Source of the DNA: the human T2T-CHM13v2.0 reference genome, Homo sapiens
Length of the DNA: 64,000 bases
NCBI RefSeq assembly: GCF_009914755.1
Contig: NC_060935.1
Reading direction: 5' to 3' (one strand)
Numbering within the stretch: the first letter of the stretch is position 1; every line of letters begins with the position of its first letter. This document shows positions 14,601 through 32,632 of this stretch, piece by piece. The position numbers and the translations under genes are program-made. The notes under the pieces were generated by a model that searched no databases, was not told the DNA's origin, and saw only the letters and a program-made list of their open reading frames with translations.

Positions 14601-16423
14601 CTCATTTCTTCCGAGTTGTAAACCTGGGATTCATACTTGACATTTTCTTCCCCTTTACCCAACATACCTGTTGGAGACAGAGTCCTGTTGAGTATCCTTA
14701 ATGTTTCTCAAATGTGTCTCTCATCTATCCATGATGTTTCTCATGTCTTACTTTACATTCTTAGATCTCTCACCTGAATTAATGCATCTGCACTTAACTG
14801 GACCAGTTGTTTGTACTTTGTCTTTGCCTCCCACCACTCTCTGTCATCTGTTCTCTGTAGTGCAGCCAGACTGATTTCCCCACTTAATTCTCCTCTATTT
14901 TAAATAAAGAGGAAGAAGGGGTGGGGGGAAGATATGTTTGTCTTGGGAAGACATAAAAGAGGGTAAATTACATATGATTCTACTATCAGAGACTACTATC
15001 AACATTTTGGTATATTTCTTGCCACTCTCAAAAGCCTTAGGTCACAGAGATGAAATTCATAGGAATGTAAACTTTACTAAAATATCAGCTCCCCGTGGTG
15101 TGGCAGGAATTTTTCTTTTTTTCATTCTTTAATGTGTCCCAACTACCAGGAAGGGGACCCAGCACATCCTAGGCATTCAGTGTAAGTACTTATTCAATGA
15201 ATGAATTAATCAATTTTCAAGATTCGGGACATTACATATTCAAAGCCAGGTAAATCATTGTCACCAAAGCCTGCAAACCCATTGTTTCTGATAGATTCCA
15301 GATGACTATTTTTATATTTTTTCACTTTATTAGAACTGAGTTATTGCTAATTTCGAACAATAAATGTCCTCAGTGTTAGTAATTCCACAGCTACACGTTT
15401 GTAAATAAAGATGATACATTTGGGAGGGAGCAGCTCATAGAATAGCCCGTTATGGTTCCAGGTCTATGCCCCATACCTTCTTGGTAGTTCGTTTCTCATG
15501 GGATGTGTGTAAATCTACCCCCAGCTTCATAATGTTTAAGAATTCTTGCTTTTTGTTGACATTTATGAATGAAGGACTGGATACTTTAATAAAGGTAACT
15601 GGCATAGGTTTTGTCTCTGAGGGGAAAGGGTGGAGACTGGTCAGTTTACAGTTACCCCCGTAATGTTTTAGTCCCTTTATCACTCCCACTTTGTAAACCT
15701 CTTGACTCCAATGGTTTGCGTTGTGAAGAATGGCTCCACCTCCACTGTCATGCTCGCTGACGTGTGCACTGAGTACTGGGTCTTTCTTCACAGGTTTACC
15801 AATATAATTTCATTCCCTTTTTTCTCCCACTGAATTATGAGATTCTTTGGCTCTTTGATATTCCCTTCCAAAATCTCCATGCATTTATCAGTGTCTTACA
15901 TTTTACGTTATTGTCATTTCACTGTTCTTAGGGAGCAAAAGAGAAATAAATATGTATACTTCGATGACATATTGAACTGAAAGTAAATGAATAGTATATA
16001 TTGTATCTATTTATATCTATTAGGATATTCCTTTCTTCTCCCCCATAAGCTATCATCCATATATTCTAGGTGAACTTTAAATTTGTTTTATCACTAACTT
16101 TAAATGCACTCGATTAGGTGTTCATTGTATGAACTCACATGTACTTTATGCTGTTTGCTTGTCTGTCTCCCCACTAGACCATCTTCTTCTTAGAACATAG
16201 ACCGTATCTTTTACCTAAATCACATAGGGAAAATGTAGATTGAAAATTTAATCCTATATTTTTTATTCCAAAGATCCTGAAATGACTCTTCATTATCTTT
16301 AAGTAAAATATAGACTTGAAGATAAGTCATAGCATTACCTCTAAATATCCCCCAACTATGTCACTGTATACTATCTCTTGTTGCTCTAGTCATACTAAAC
16401 TGTTCAGTTATTTAAATTTGCTT

Positions 16424-16461
16424 CTCTCTCTCTCTCTGTCACACACACACACACACACACA
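16424..16461. repeat. Compound (CT)n(CA)n microsatellite
   Basis: ctctctctctctctctgtcacacacacacacacacacaca. Confidence 0.93.
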
Positions 16462-18552
16462 GGAGGCAGTTGTGCACAGACACAACCCTCTTCTACTCCC
16501 ATACCTGTACACATCTTTGTGTATGCTGTGTCCTTTCCTGGCTAAGCTCAGATGTCACTTAGATAAGGATTTATCATTTGAGCTTCCATAGTCCCCAATC
16601 CTGTTTACTGTTCTGTCTCTCTTAGACCATACCCGTAAGTGCATGGACTGTGTCTTTTATCTCTGTATGCTTCGTGCAAGATAATTAATCATGATGATGT
16701 CCCTGTATCATGAAGTGAAAGTTAAATTGCTACTTTTAAGATAGGAAATAAGATAGGAAAGTATGTGTTCTAACAAAATTTCCCCTCAGAAAAAGTTGAT
16801 AATTTCATTTTTATTGGATTAGTGAAGAGAATTACTTAAAGATATCCTTTTTATTACCTCGTCATAGTTCTCTACATTAGAATCATGCTAGTTTTTCAGT
16901 AGGTGTTTCCAAAGATAAAGATTCATTTGGTTTATACTGAAGTAGGGTTTAGTGAGTAGCCACTTGAGAAAACTAAGTAAAATCTGTATATTTTTTTCAC
17001 GAATGGAAAAAATCAGGTGGTGATTAACAGTCTCATGAAAGAGGCTTTCTGTGTCAGTGATATCTGTTTTAATACAAAATTAATGGGAATTACAAGGCTT
17101 TGTCTTTTTTCCTGTGTTTTCCCTTAAGTCATAATCTTTCTTGTTATAGTCATATTTGAACAAATAATTTCTGATACAAATAGGTTTATAACTTGTAGCA
17201 GACAATAAACAGGCCTAGCAGATGGTCTTTTACAGAACACAGATCTTGTTTCGGCATAACCATTCTGAAGATATTTTTAAGCAATGGGAACATTTTTCTC
17301 TTTTAAAAGAAGCTTGCCTTCAGTTTTCTTTGAAGTGTTTGTCATTGTTAAAGCCTTAATCAGTATTTTGGTAAGCAACAAGCAACTATAGCAATTTCAT
17401 CAGAATTTTATTAAATACCCTTTTGAAAAAAAAAACTCATAAACATTTCTGTAAAACTTTTTGTATGAAATATGTAAAATGAGTACATAAAACATCAATA
17501 AACATGTTTAATATGCATAAGTATCCATAAATAACAAATGAAATTAAACATGTAGTAACCATCACCCAGGCCAAGAGAACTTTGCCACCAATTCAGAATC
17601 CCACCCACCTCCACTGCTCTTTCTCAATCAGATGGGCTGGTATGAACAATTTTGTTATGATCAGTTTTTACATGTGCCTTGGTGCACACATCTGGGGGGT
17701 GTATACTTAGAAGTAGAACTGTGGTCCTTAGGGTATACATATCTTCAAATTTCCTAGATATTGCCAGACTATTTTCCAAAGTGATTATACCACTTTATCT
17801 TACACCTATAGTATGTAACAGTTGTGGTTGGTATTATCCACCGTTAAAAAATGTTTCCAGTCATTTGTGTAGCAGTATCTCATTGCAATTTTAATTTTTG
17901 TTTCTTTGATTGCTAATGAAACTGAGCACCTTTTCATGTGATTGTTAGCAATTTGGATTTCCTTTTTCTGTGAAATATCTGTTTATGCCTTTTGCTCAGG
18001 TTTCTTTTGAGTTGTGTCTTGTTCAAGTATTCATAGGCAATCTATGTGTATATTTTGGACTTGAACTGTTGATAGGTTTTATGTAACGTGAAAGTCTTCT
18101 CTCATTCGTGTTTGCCTTTTCACCCTCTTTGTCATATCTTGATGATCTGAAATTCTCAGTTGTCATATGGCAACATTCTTATTTATAGTTGCCACTGTTT
18201 GTGAGTTGAGTAAGGAATCTGTACCTTTTCTTAGGTTATAGAGGGTATATTTTCTTGTAAGTGCTTTATAATTGTGCTTTTTACACTTAGGCATTGATTT
18301 TTGTATATAGTATGAAGTGGTGGTCCAGTTTTGTTCCTTTTTTTGGTATTCTCTTTAGATGACCCAGTTGTCCTGGTCCCATTCATTATTCTTTGTACTT
18401 ACACTATCATTTTTATCAAGAATCAAGCATCATTATATGAGGTCTTTATAACTTTTATACTAAAACTCCATTAAGGCAGTAGAACCGAAAATCACAAGTC
18501 ACTCATTCATGAATGCAAATGCAAGAATCCTAATAAAAATATTGGAAAGCTA

Positions 18553-18981
<429 letters not shown>

Positions 18982-19052
18982 TCAATGTATCTATGTATTT
19001 AAAACTGTTAGTAAACTAGAGTTAGAAAGCAGTGTCCTAATATGATAAAGAA

Positions 19053-19387
19053 CAGGGGTCCCCAATCCCCAGGCTGCGGATGAGTATCTGTGGGTGTCCT
19101 GTGAGGAATTGGGCCACACAGCAGGAGGTGAGCAGTGGGTGAGTGAACATAATCGTCTGAGCGCCACCTCCTGTCAGATCAGTGGGGGCAATACATTTTC
19201 ACGGATTGCAGGCGCTATTGTGAACTGCGTATGCGAGGGATCTAGGTCGTGCATTCCTTACAAGAATCTAATATCTGATGATCTGAGGTGGCAGTTTCAT
19301 CCCAAAACCATCTCCCACCCCCAGGTCCATGGAAAGATTGTCTTCCACGAAACTGGCCCCTGGTGCCAAAAAGGTTGGGGACTGCTG
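19053..19387 (+). mobile_element. MER1B (hAT-Charlie MITE)
   Basis: Termini caggggtcccca...ggttggggactgctg. Internal cctcctgtcagatcag and gagggatctagg match the recalled consensus. Degenerate 8-bp TSD. Confidence 0.9.
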
Positions 19388-19697
19388 ATAACAGAATATC
19401 TATAAAAACAAAACCTACAACCAGTATTGTGATGAAGCATTGAAAGCATTCTCTTTAAGTTCAGGAACAGGACAAGGATACCTTTCATCACCTCTTCTAT
19501 CCAACACCATAAAGGAGATCCTAGCCAATGCACTAATATGATAAAAAGAGAAGTATAAGAATTGGATGTGAAAAAACAAAACTGTTTTTATGTTTATGTA
19601 TGTTTATGAATACATACATTAGAAAGAAGCTATAAACAAATTACAGTAAAAGTATCAAGATGCTGAATACGTAATTAATCAGAGTTTATTATTATTA

Positions 19698-20000
19698 TTT
19701 TTTGTTTGTTTGTTTTTTTGAGACAGGGTCTTAGTTTGTCATCCAGGCTGGAGTGCAGTGGCAAGGTCATGTCTCACTGCAGCCTTGACCTCCCAGGCCC
19801 AAGTGATCCTCCTACCTTGCTTCTCGAGTAGCCGGGACCACAGGCTCACGCCACCGTGCCTGGCTAGTTTGTTTATTTTTTGTAGAGACAAGTTCTTCCT
19901 ATGTTGCCTAGGCTGGTCTTGAACTCTTGGGCTCAAGCAATCCTCCCGTCTTGGCCTCTCAAGATGCTGGTATTATAAGCATGAGCCACCACTCCTGGCC
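19698..20000 (-). mobile_element. AluJ
   Basis: gagacagggtct...gggctcaagcaatcctccc...gagccaccactcctggcc. Confidence 0.93.
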
Positions 20001-22036
20001 TATTGTTAATATTTTTAACCTCCTCCCAGACAATGCAAGGACATTAAGTCACTTTAAATGGAAAATTCACCCTGGGGATGAACATCCCCCAATAAATGTT
20101 GGCTGTGACTCATGGGTCAGCTGTTTTAATTTCTTCCTCCCCACTACCTTCTGACCTTGATCATTATCTCCTTGCCATATATTTCTCAGGTATCTTTTGT
20201 TTTATTGTTTTCTGCAATCACTTATGCAAAGAATAAGTCTCCAAAAACCCTTAATGACCACCAGAATTTGAACTGTCCTCTACAAAGCTTGTTAATAATT
20301 TCTTCGTAGAACCCTCATCTAATTTCTCTTTTTTACATCATTTTTCAAAAACCATTGAGTCCTTGGTTATTTTTTCCCTTGTCCTTTCTTTCCTCTCTTT
20401 GATTTTCCTTTTCCTTTCTATGTTAAAAACATCATGTGGGCCCCGTGCTTGTTAACTGAGCCAGTCAATGAGATAGTGCCTCCTGAATATTCTCTTAGCC
20501 TCCTAACGGTAAGATTACATAAAGTACTCGAGAATGGGGAGTTGCTAATTTCTACATACATTGTCACCTGTGTCCATAGCATTAAATTCTATTGTTATCA
20601 TAAAGCCTATCTAAGTTCAGTTGCACTCCTAGCATGCCTACTCCTTCAGAAGGACTGTTTGCTTTATATGTGGGGAAGAGAGTATGGCAGTTACCCCTCT
20701 TGCGGTAGGTATGCTGCAATCCTACTTTTACTCACTGTAGCAGATTAGTTGTCATACCACCTGGAAGAATCTCTTCACAGCCACTTGGGGATCAATCAAG
20801 CCAGTAATCCCTTCTACTCAGTAGTATGTAAAGTAAGTGATGTGTTTCCCTGATTGTTAATTCTGAGAATTTATGCCAGTAGTAAATGTTGAGAGTTTAT
20901 GCCAACAGTGAATCACCAGGCTTTTTTGGTGTTTCTCTGTAAAACAGTTTCTTTTTTTTTTACTGAATACTCTCAGAACATAGTAGTCCCCAAAACTTGT
21001 CCTCTAACTGTCTGCATTGTCTTTGTGACAACTCATAGTTTTAAGTTCATTACTTTCCTGTTGAATACTTCATTTTTCCAGGTAGACGTAAAAGCATAAG
21101 AAGTCTTTCAGTGAGGAAAAACTCTCTCTTGCCACCATTTCCTCTCTAAAAAGACTGACATTTATTAGAAACTAGTAACAGCCAGAGAATGGGATTTTTC
21201 ACTATCTTCCCCTCTGCGTACTGTTCCCTATCAGTCCACTAGCAGGTTCTCTAAATCTTGCCATTTCCTACCGAGGTTAGGTAGGCAAACATCCTAGGAT
21301 TCAATCCTCTGCCAGTTTTCTTTTTTTAAATTCCTTCCTTTTTCTGACTAAAAAAATTATTTAGGCTTTGTGATTCATGGGTCTGCAAGAGAGTCCTGCA
21401 CACAGCACCATCCTGAGCTAACATAGTTTCAAGTCAGACACACGTGAACCTAATTACCCGATATTACCAAGAGAGATTACCCAGTTTTAAACTTTATTAA
21501 TAATTTCAAAGGTACAGGCAATCAGGGGACTCAGAAGAAGTAGGGATCAACCTGGCACATAGAGCAAGGCTTCTTACTGTGTGAATTGATAACCCATCCA
21601 CCCCATTTGAAGACCTTTTCTACTCTGGGCCAGAGATTGTGTAGCTTATGTAGGGAAGGAAGGACCGAAGCAGCTGCTTTTAATATCCCAAATCTCTTAG
21701 TCTGGACTTCCTGATTCCCTGTATTTTAAAAATTATTTGTAAAGCTTGACACTGGGTAAGATCTCTGGTTCATGTGAGTTAGATTTGACACTCTGATCTT
21801 ATGTATTCTTTCACCCACATATGTCCATTCACTTCTCTCATTTCTTCCTTTTTCCCAGACCATCTAGGACCAGTTTTCTTCTTCTTGAACTAATTTTTTA
21901 ATATTTCCTTCATTGTACATTTATGTCAGTAGCCAAAGAGATTGTTGTTAGTTGGTCTGAAATGTATTTTGCCTATAATTCTGGGAGATATTTTTCTCTA
22001 CATATAGAATTCTACATTGGCAGTAATATTGTTGTA

Positions 22037-22242
22037 CAGGAGTTGGTAAACCTCAGTCCATGGGCCAGCTACCTGTTTTTGTAAGTAAAGCTGGAACACG
22101 GCTGGGCCTTTTTGTTTACATATTGTCTATTGCCTCTTTCACACAGAAATAGCAGTTGAATAGTTGCAACAGAGATCATATGTCCTGCAAGTCTAAAATA
22201 TTTTTACTTCGGCAGTTTAAGAAAAGGTTTGCTAGTTCATTG
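22037..22242 (+). mobile_element. MER58A (hAT-Charlie MITE)
   Basis: caggagttggtaaac...cctgtttttgtaagtaaag...tttacatattgtctat...aaaggtttgct. Confidence 0.8.
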
Positions 22243-22454
22243 GTGATATTCTACTATCTATGGCTTTCATCGTTGCTATTTTAAGAAGTCACCTGTCAGA
22301 ACAATTGTTATTCCATTGAAGATAATTTGCCTTTGTTGATTTTTTTTCTCTGATTTTTTTAAGTATTAAAGATTTTAAAGAATTTAGTCTTGAGATTCAT
22401 TGGATTACTTCTGTCTGTGGCTTAATGCTTTTTATCAGTTCCAAAAAGTTCTCT

Positions 22455-24570
<2,116 letters not shown>

Positions 24571-25410
24571 GGTACAATTTCTTCTTTGATGCAGGAAAAA
24601 AATCCTCTATAGTTACAATGTACATTCTGAGAATTGAGAATTTATTAATCAGATGTAAACTTAACCAGCAGCTTACATTCACCTTTGTGAAAATAACTGT
24701 TGTTTCATATTACAGAAGAAGGGGAAATATTGCTAATCTTATGATCAAGTGTATAAGAACATCTAATGAGTGCCACTGGTCAAGGTTAATTTTTGATAGT
24801 GATAAGATTTCAGGTTTTAACACTTAATGTTTTGTTGTTGATGATAGTGTCATTGTTTATAGATACATGTATAGCTTTCACAAGTATTTGATCCTCTTAA
24901 TAGCCTGTGACGTAAATAGGGTCGGTATTATTCTCTTTTACACAGGAGTAGCACAGGCTCAACGAAATTACTTAAAAATTTGGTGAAGATCACATAGCTG
25001 ACAAATGCTAGAGAATCTGGGGGTTAAATTATGGGCTTGGGGCTTCAAATTCTCTCACCCCTATGACAGACACAACACTTCCCTTTAAACCATACTTTTA
25101 TATGTCTTATATGTCTGTCTTCACCACTGTGTTGTTTGTTTTAAAGACATGTAACTTCATTGACATGTTATTCTTGATAAAATTTGGATTTCTTTTCAAA
25201 CTCAGATTTTAAATATTGGTTCACTGTATTGCCATATTAACCACAAACATCTTTGGGCATGCATGGAGTAACCATAAAATAATTACAATGTCCAAAGAAC
25301 AACTAAGCTTTGATTGAAATACTTTTTTGTCCCACAAAACAATACGAGTTGTTGGCAAAAAATTATGTAATTTAACTAGCTTTCAGAATCTGTTTAACCT
25401 ACTAATCTAA

Positions 25411-25560
<150 letters not shown>

Positions 25561-26104
25561 TAAAATGAAAAAACTTTTTTAAAGTAATAGTTTTCATGAA
25601 TTTAATTATATTTGATACATGGCAGAATGGTGACATTATTTTTTAAATAGCTACATTAGATACTATAATGTGTAATTTAAAAAAATAGCTACAGTCTTCT
25701 TACTGTAGTTTATTCTGAAATGGCCCTTATTTATTGGCTATTCATAATCTTTAAAAAGTGATAAATTATCTTTTTTATCTTAAAAGTCCTGATAAATTAT
25801 TTTTCTACTTTCTAAGTTTTAGATACCTAAGTGTTTGCCTGAAAGCCTCCAGGGACTAATAAGAACTCATTAGGACTGTTTCATCAAAATTAACATGATA
25901 TTGCCACCATTATCATACTGAATGTCCTATCTTTCTAATCTGTTGGGCCATGTAATCAATGTCCATTATCACATAAAATAGAATTTATTGCTGTTACTGA
26001 AATATTAAAAGGAAGGTATGTTACATAGCTTTATAATTTGCTGTTGAAATCTTTTGTCAAGACAGAATGTTTATTTTTAAATATATGGAAATAAAATTAA
26101 TGGA

Positions 26105-26398
26105 GGCTGGGTATGGTGGCTCACACCTTTAATCCCAGCACTTTGGGAGGCTGAGGCAGGTGGATCACCTGAGGTCAGGAGTTTGAGACCAGCCTGGCCA
26201 ACGTGATGAAACCCCATCTCTACTAAAAATACAAAGATTAGCTGGGCGTAGTGGCAGGCACCTGTAATCCCAGCCACTTGGGAGGCTGAGGCAGGAGAGT
26301 GGCTTGAACCCAGGAGGTTGGAGGTTGCAGTGAGCCAGGATCACGCCACTGCACCCCAACCTGGGTGACAGAGCGAGACTCCACCTCGAAAAAAAAAA
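26105..26398 (+). mobile_element. AluSx-type
   Basis: ggatcacctgaggtcaggagtttgagaccagcctggccaa, with an A tail. Confidence 0.95.
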
Positions 26399-27775
26399 TG
26401 TATTTGACAGCTGATTTGACTTACTGATATGTCAATTTGACAGAAATAAACTGGATAGTGTTTCTAATAAAGATTTTTAAATTATTTTGAAATAATTTTT
26501 TTCCTTAAAGTTCTGTTTGGTAGATATACATAAAATTTATCAAAAAATTTTGAAAACATTGAGTTTTGCTTTATAATTTTTTATAAATTTTGAATAAACA
26601 TAGTTATAATCCTAGTGAAATAGATGTTTCAAGGAACTTTTGGAATATTCAGATTTAATGTAGTAGTGTAGGGAGTTCCAGTCTAGAGCTGATGACAGTC
26701 ACAGTTGTTGACAGTTACTATTTTGTATGTGAAACAGTATGTTGATTTTTTTTTTAATGCTAAGATTGGCCTTAAACAACCTTTAGTCACAATATCAGTA
26801 TTATCACACCAAAGAATTTGTATCAGCACTCTGATTTCTCATGAATTGAAAGAGTAGATATGAATTAAAAATGTAATATTTCTTTAAAGACTATGAAAAG
26901 ATGCTTCTGAGAAAGCACATTTGAGGCATATAGACAAGAATTTTAAATAGTTTATGCTGTATATTTTACTCTTCTTAGAAAATGCATCTTTTAAATTACT
27001 CCAAAATAGACTTTATAGGCAAACCAAAAGAAAGACTTGTCCAAACTTCCTGTTACCTCAGTTGAACATTATTATATATCTGATTACAATAACTAATGGG
27101 ATAGTTCTTGCTCTGCCTAGCAGAATTATACTGCTGGATATTGATGTTCTAGGATTTTTCACTTCCAAATCTGAAAGATGATCTAGAATTATTAATAGGC
27201 AATTGATATCTTAGAGCCAGCTGGTTTAATAACTGCAGTTAGCTGGATTGAATGAATTCATGAGATTGTCTTTATGATGTGAACTTTATTGAAAGTTGTA
27301 CTGGAATCCATTTTGTACCCTTCTGCTTTCTTCTGTACCAAGGAGGGCTAACCCTGCAGGCTGCCTTTACCAAGCTCCTATGATGGCTAACTTCTGCTGA
27401 GTTTGGGGAACCCAATGGGAAACACTAGAAACACTAAATCTCCCAAGATTTAAGAAAGGGAGAAGCCAGGGCATTTCTTCCCTTCTTACTTTATCTCTAG
27501 TGTGTTGCTGGCAAAAGCTATTTCTTTTGTGGTTCCACTTCCCACCGAACAGGCATGCTGAAATTCCAGCATCCACTGTGCAACCCCAGCCCTGGGTTCT
27601 TGTAGCAGTAGCCTAGGAATGCTAGTTACTTGTGGGCATTGTCAAGTCTGGTTGTCTCACTCTCTTGATGACTGCTCATATCTTTTATCCTCTGTATAAG
27701 TGACTTTTGACATTAAATTTCCTCTATTTTAAATAGCTTTTGTGGTTTCTCTTTTCCTAGTTTGTGCTTGTAACT

Positions 27776-28104
27776 CAGCAGTCCCTAGACTTCTTGGCAC
27801 CAGGGTCCAGTTTCATGGAAGACAGTTTTCCCATGGATTGGGGGATGGGGATGGGATGGTTTCAGGATAAAACTGTTCCATCTCACATCATTAGATTCTC
27901 ATCAGGAGCATACAGTCTAGATCCTTCACTTGGGCAGTTCACAATAGGGTTCACGCTCCTGTGAGAATCTAATGCCACTGCTGATCTGACAGGAGGCGGA
28001 GCTCAGGTGGTAATGCTGGCCTGCCACTCACCTCTTGCTGTGTAGTCCAGTTCCTAACAGGCCACGGACCAGTACCCATCCCTGGCTTGGGGGCTGGGGA
28101 CTTG
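27776..28104 (-). mobile_element. MER1B, opposite orientation to the copy at 19053
   Basis: cagcagtcccta...ggcaccagggtccagtttcatggaagacag...ctgatctgacaggaggcggagctcagg. Confidence 0.88.
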
Positions 28105-29264
28105 CTCTAACTGAAATAAAGAACACCTTTCACTTCAGAGCGTTGGTCAGGTAAGACCTCTCTCTTCATCAGGAAGGCAGTCACTGGAGTCACTGGAGCC
28201 TGAGATGAAAGGAGCCAGTTGTTTGGAAGCCAAGGTTCTTCGAAACCAGTAATGAAAAACAAATCAGTGTATTCAGGAAGGGATAACTAAGAACTTTTCT
28301 TCTTCCTCACCACAAAGGTGTTACTTAAGCATTTGTATTATCTCACTGTCTGCCTTTCCTTGTTTTAAGTGAGTTGAAGTCTAGCAACTGTTTTAAGTGC
28401 TCTAGGTGGGGCATTGGACACTAAACTTACAGCAGTTATTCTATGGCAGTCAGCTCTGGATGGCCTTATTTCTCTGGTGAAATTTGCATTTAAGGCTTAA
28501 GAAGGCTTGTGCTAAATTATTTTCAATCATCTTTGTGGATTGGAAATATCATTTATGGTATCTTCTAAATCCTAGAAGTCCCTAACTTTATTTGGTACTT
28601 TCATTAGGATTTTTGATTTGAGAAGCTGGAAAACATCAATTACATAATTAAACAAAGGGCAGGTATGCTTTCTAAACTTTATCCTCCATGTTTCAGGCGC
28701 ATTGGCTGAAACAGTAGGCAAATGGTAAACAACTATTTTAAATCTGTAGCCACATTTTCATGAACCAGCATTTTAAACTTAAATTGCACAGACTCCTGTC
28801 TTTATTTATTTTATTTTTTACATACAACATAATAAAGATGCAAAAATCTAGAATGAACCATAGTTAAGCATTTTTTTTCTCTTTTTACAAGTATTTTCAA
28901 CAAGGAAAGACAAAAATGGAATATACCCTCCAGAATTGGGCACAGATGTTTAATGGATGTGTAATCCGGTATAGCAGTGTAGAAATCATACAGCAGAGAT
29001 GTACATGTTTTCTTCTACTGTGGTCCACTAACTATTCCATGGCTTAATCTAAATATGTTTCTAGTCTGCACCTGTTCATGAATTTTTGTCTTTATTTTGG
29101 AAGATTTTTCTAGATAAGAATGTAATTTTAAAAGCTAAATTATTGCTGTTAGCATGTTATTTAATAAACAATCACTTGGCTTGCATTAACAAATTTCCAG
29201 TTCTAGGCTTGCCTTTAATTTTATATTTTCATTTTTGTTTTTATTTAAGAGAAGTTTTCTTTTT

Positions 29265-29462
29265 ATTTTATATATTTAAGGTGTACAACATGATGTTTTG
29301 ATTTACACAGTGAGATTATTACTGCTGTCAAATTAACATGTCTGTCATCTCACATACTTACCTGTCTTTCTGTATGTAATAAGAGCACCTAAAATCTATT
29401 CTGTTAGGAAATTTTTCATATACAATACAATATTACTAACTGTAGTCATCATGCTCTACATT
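29265..29462 (-). mobile_element. L1MA-type 3' end fragment
   Basis: tatatatttaaggtgtacaacatgatgttttgat...tacaatattactaactgtagtcatcatgct. Confidence 0.7.
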
Positions 29463-29884
29463 TTCATTTTTATCAGATGGAATTTCTGTTTGACAAAATT
29501 GTTTCAGTTAAATGTAAACAGTTTAATCCCTGGAAGATGTTAATACCTATGTCTTTGTGTATGTGTCCTCATTTTTTACATTTTAGTCTACCAATAGAAG
29601 TTCTTGTTTTGAGAGCTGTTCTTTATTGCTTCTTATTTCTGCCTACTTAATAAAACTGTTCAAAATAAGCATCCCTAATTCCGACTCAGTAAGCCAAATT
29701 GACTCATTTGGTGTTGCTATATTTCCTCTATGTTTTCAGCATAACTTTGCAAACACATAGACTAAGTCCACGAGGCTTAGCATTAGTAAATGATGACGGA
29801 ATGTGAATTGTAAAATTGTAAGAGAACGTTCCCAAACAGAAATTCGCTGGCCTCAGACATTTATAATTTTATGTACAATACATG

Positions 29885-30105
29885 AAGGCATGGAGATATA
29901 GTATATGACAGGGTTAAGAATGTTGCTCCAGAGGCAAACTACCTCCATTCTTGGGCATGTTACCTCTCTGTGCCTCAGTTTCCTTCTCTATAAAATGAAA
30001 ATAACAGTATTACCTACTTCATAAGGTTTTTTTCTGAGGATTAAATGAGTTAATACATGCAAATTTCTTAGAACAGTTTCTGGCACATAAGATCTCAATA
30101 ACTTA
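29885..30105. mobile_element. MIR
   Basis: ctctgtgcctcagtttccttctctataaaatg...gaggattaaatgagttaatacatg. Confidence 0.85.
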
Positions 30106-32134
30106 GGTATTCAGTTTTGAAAGTTATACAAACTTTTAAGTACTCTGTAACTCATGAGCGAGCTACTACACTAGCTAATTCAATAAATAACAGTTGAAAA
30201 TAATCATATACATGAAATAAAGAATATTAATTCTTGGAGGAAGAACATTCTTAGGGCTTCTCCCTTGCTTAAAGCCCTTTGTAAAAGCGGAAGACTTTCT
30301 CTTTCCATGTCTAGCATTTACTAATTGACTGTCTGTGGTTGGTATACAGAAGTATGAAAGTAAGCTGATGGATGTGAGTTATTGGGATTTGGGGTATTCT
30401 TGGTATTTTTCTTAATGTTAGTTGAATCAAAATGTACTTTATGTATATTTCAAGCATAATTCTCAGTTTGCTGCCTTGGAAACAATTTTTAGGCAGTGCT
30501 GACAATGCCTAATAATTTTAGATAAAATATAAAATTCCCATTCCGCAGTACTGTTTTCTAGTACTGTTAAGTATTAACAGGGAGATATTTATAGTACTTG
30601 AACAATGAAAGAAAAGTTGTGGTTCATATTTTTTCATAGATATGCTAACATCTGAATCAAGAATAAAATGAAAGCAAAGGGAATAGAAATGTAATAGGTC
30701 CCTTGTGTATAATTATTTTGGTCTTATAATCTATATTTTTGTTCTTGTCTGTGCTCTTAACCACTTCCTAGCCTTTCTTTTATTCAATCTTCGATAAGTG
30801 ACAAAGTATTCTAATCATGAATATTAAAAGGTTAAGTTATTCAGGAACATGAATCAACTGCCCTTACAAACATTTTTCAGGTAATCCCTCAGAGAACACA
30901 AAATATTTGTTAATTTTTATTTTAAACTCTAAAATTGTATAACAACTTAAAAATATTTTATCAGTAATACTGTTTACTTCTACCTGGGAGTAAAAGTAAA
31001 CCCTTCAAATTTACAGCTTACATTTGTAGGCACATAAGCATTTATTATAAATACAAATTGTCTCCTATAAACTGTATATTGTGTATATATGTCACATTTT
31101 TTTTGTCCATTCAACTCTTAATAGACACTTAGGTTGATTCTGTATCTTGGCTATTGTGAATAGTGCTGTTATAAATGTGGGAGTACAGACATTTCTTTGA
31201 CATTCTGTTTTCCTTTCTTTTGAATATGTATACCCGGTAGTGTGATTGTTGGATCATATAATAGTTCTATTTTTAGTTTTTTAGGGAACCTCTATACTCT
31301 TTTTCATAATGGCTGTACTAATTTATATTCTTACCAACAGCGTATAAGAATTCTCCTTCTCTGCATCCTTGCATCCTTATTTTGTCTTTTTGATAACAGC
31401 CGTTCTAACTGGCATGAAATAATATCACATTATAATTTGTTTGCATTTTCCTGATGGTTAGTAATGTTGAGCATTTTTTAATATACCTGTTGGCCTTTTA
31501 TATGTCTTCTTTTGAGAGATGTCTATTCAGTTTATTTGCCCATTTTTGATCAGATTATTTGGGTTTTTGCTGTTGAGCTCTTTATATATTCTGGATATTA
31601 ATCTCTTACTGGATAAATAATTTGCAAATATTTTCTCCCATTCTGCAGATTATCTCTTTACTCTTTTGTTTTCTTTTCTGTGCAGAAACTTTATTTACTT
31701 TTTTAGTGGCTTTTTTTTTCTTTCAGATCTGGGAATACATATACAGGTTTGTTATTTAGGTAATAACTTGTGCCATGGGGGTTTGTTGTACAAATTATTT
31801 CATCACCTAGGTACTAAGCCTAGTACCCAATAGTTATTTTTTTTTTACTCATCTCCCTTCTCCCAACCTCTACCCTCAAGTAGGCCCCAGTGTCTGTTGT
31901 TCCCTTCTCGTATTCGTGAGTTCTCATCATTTAGCTCCCACTTATAAGTGAGAACATGTGGTATTTGGTTTTCTGTTGCTGTATTAGTTTGCTAAAGATA
32001 ATGGCCTCCAGCTCCATCCATGTTCCCACAAAAGACATGATCTCATTCTTTTTTATGGCTGCAATAGTATTCTATGGTGTATCTGTGACACCATTTTCTT
32101 TATCCACTCTGTCACTGATGGATGTTTAGGTTGA

Positions 32135-32632
<498 letters not shown>
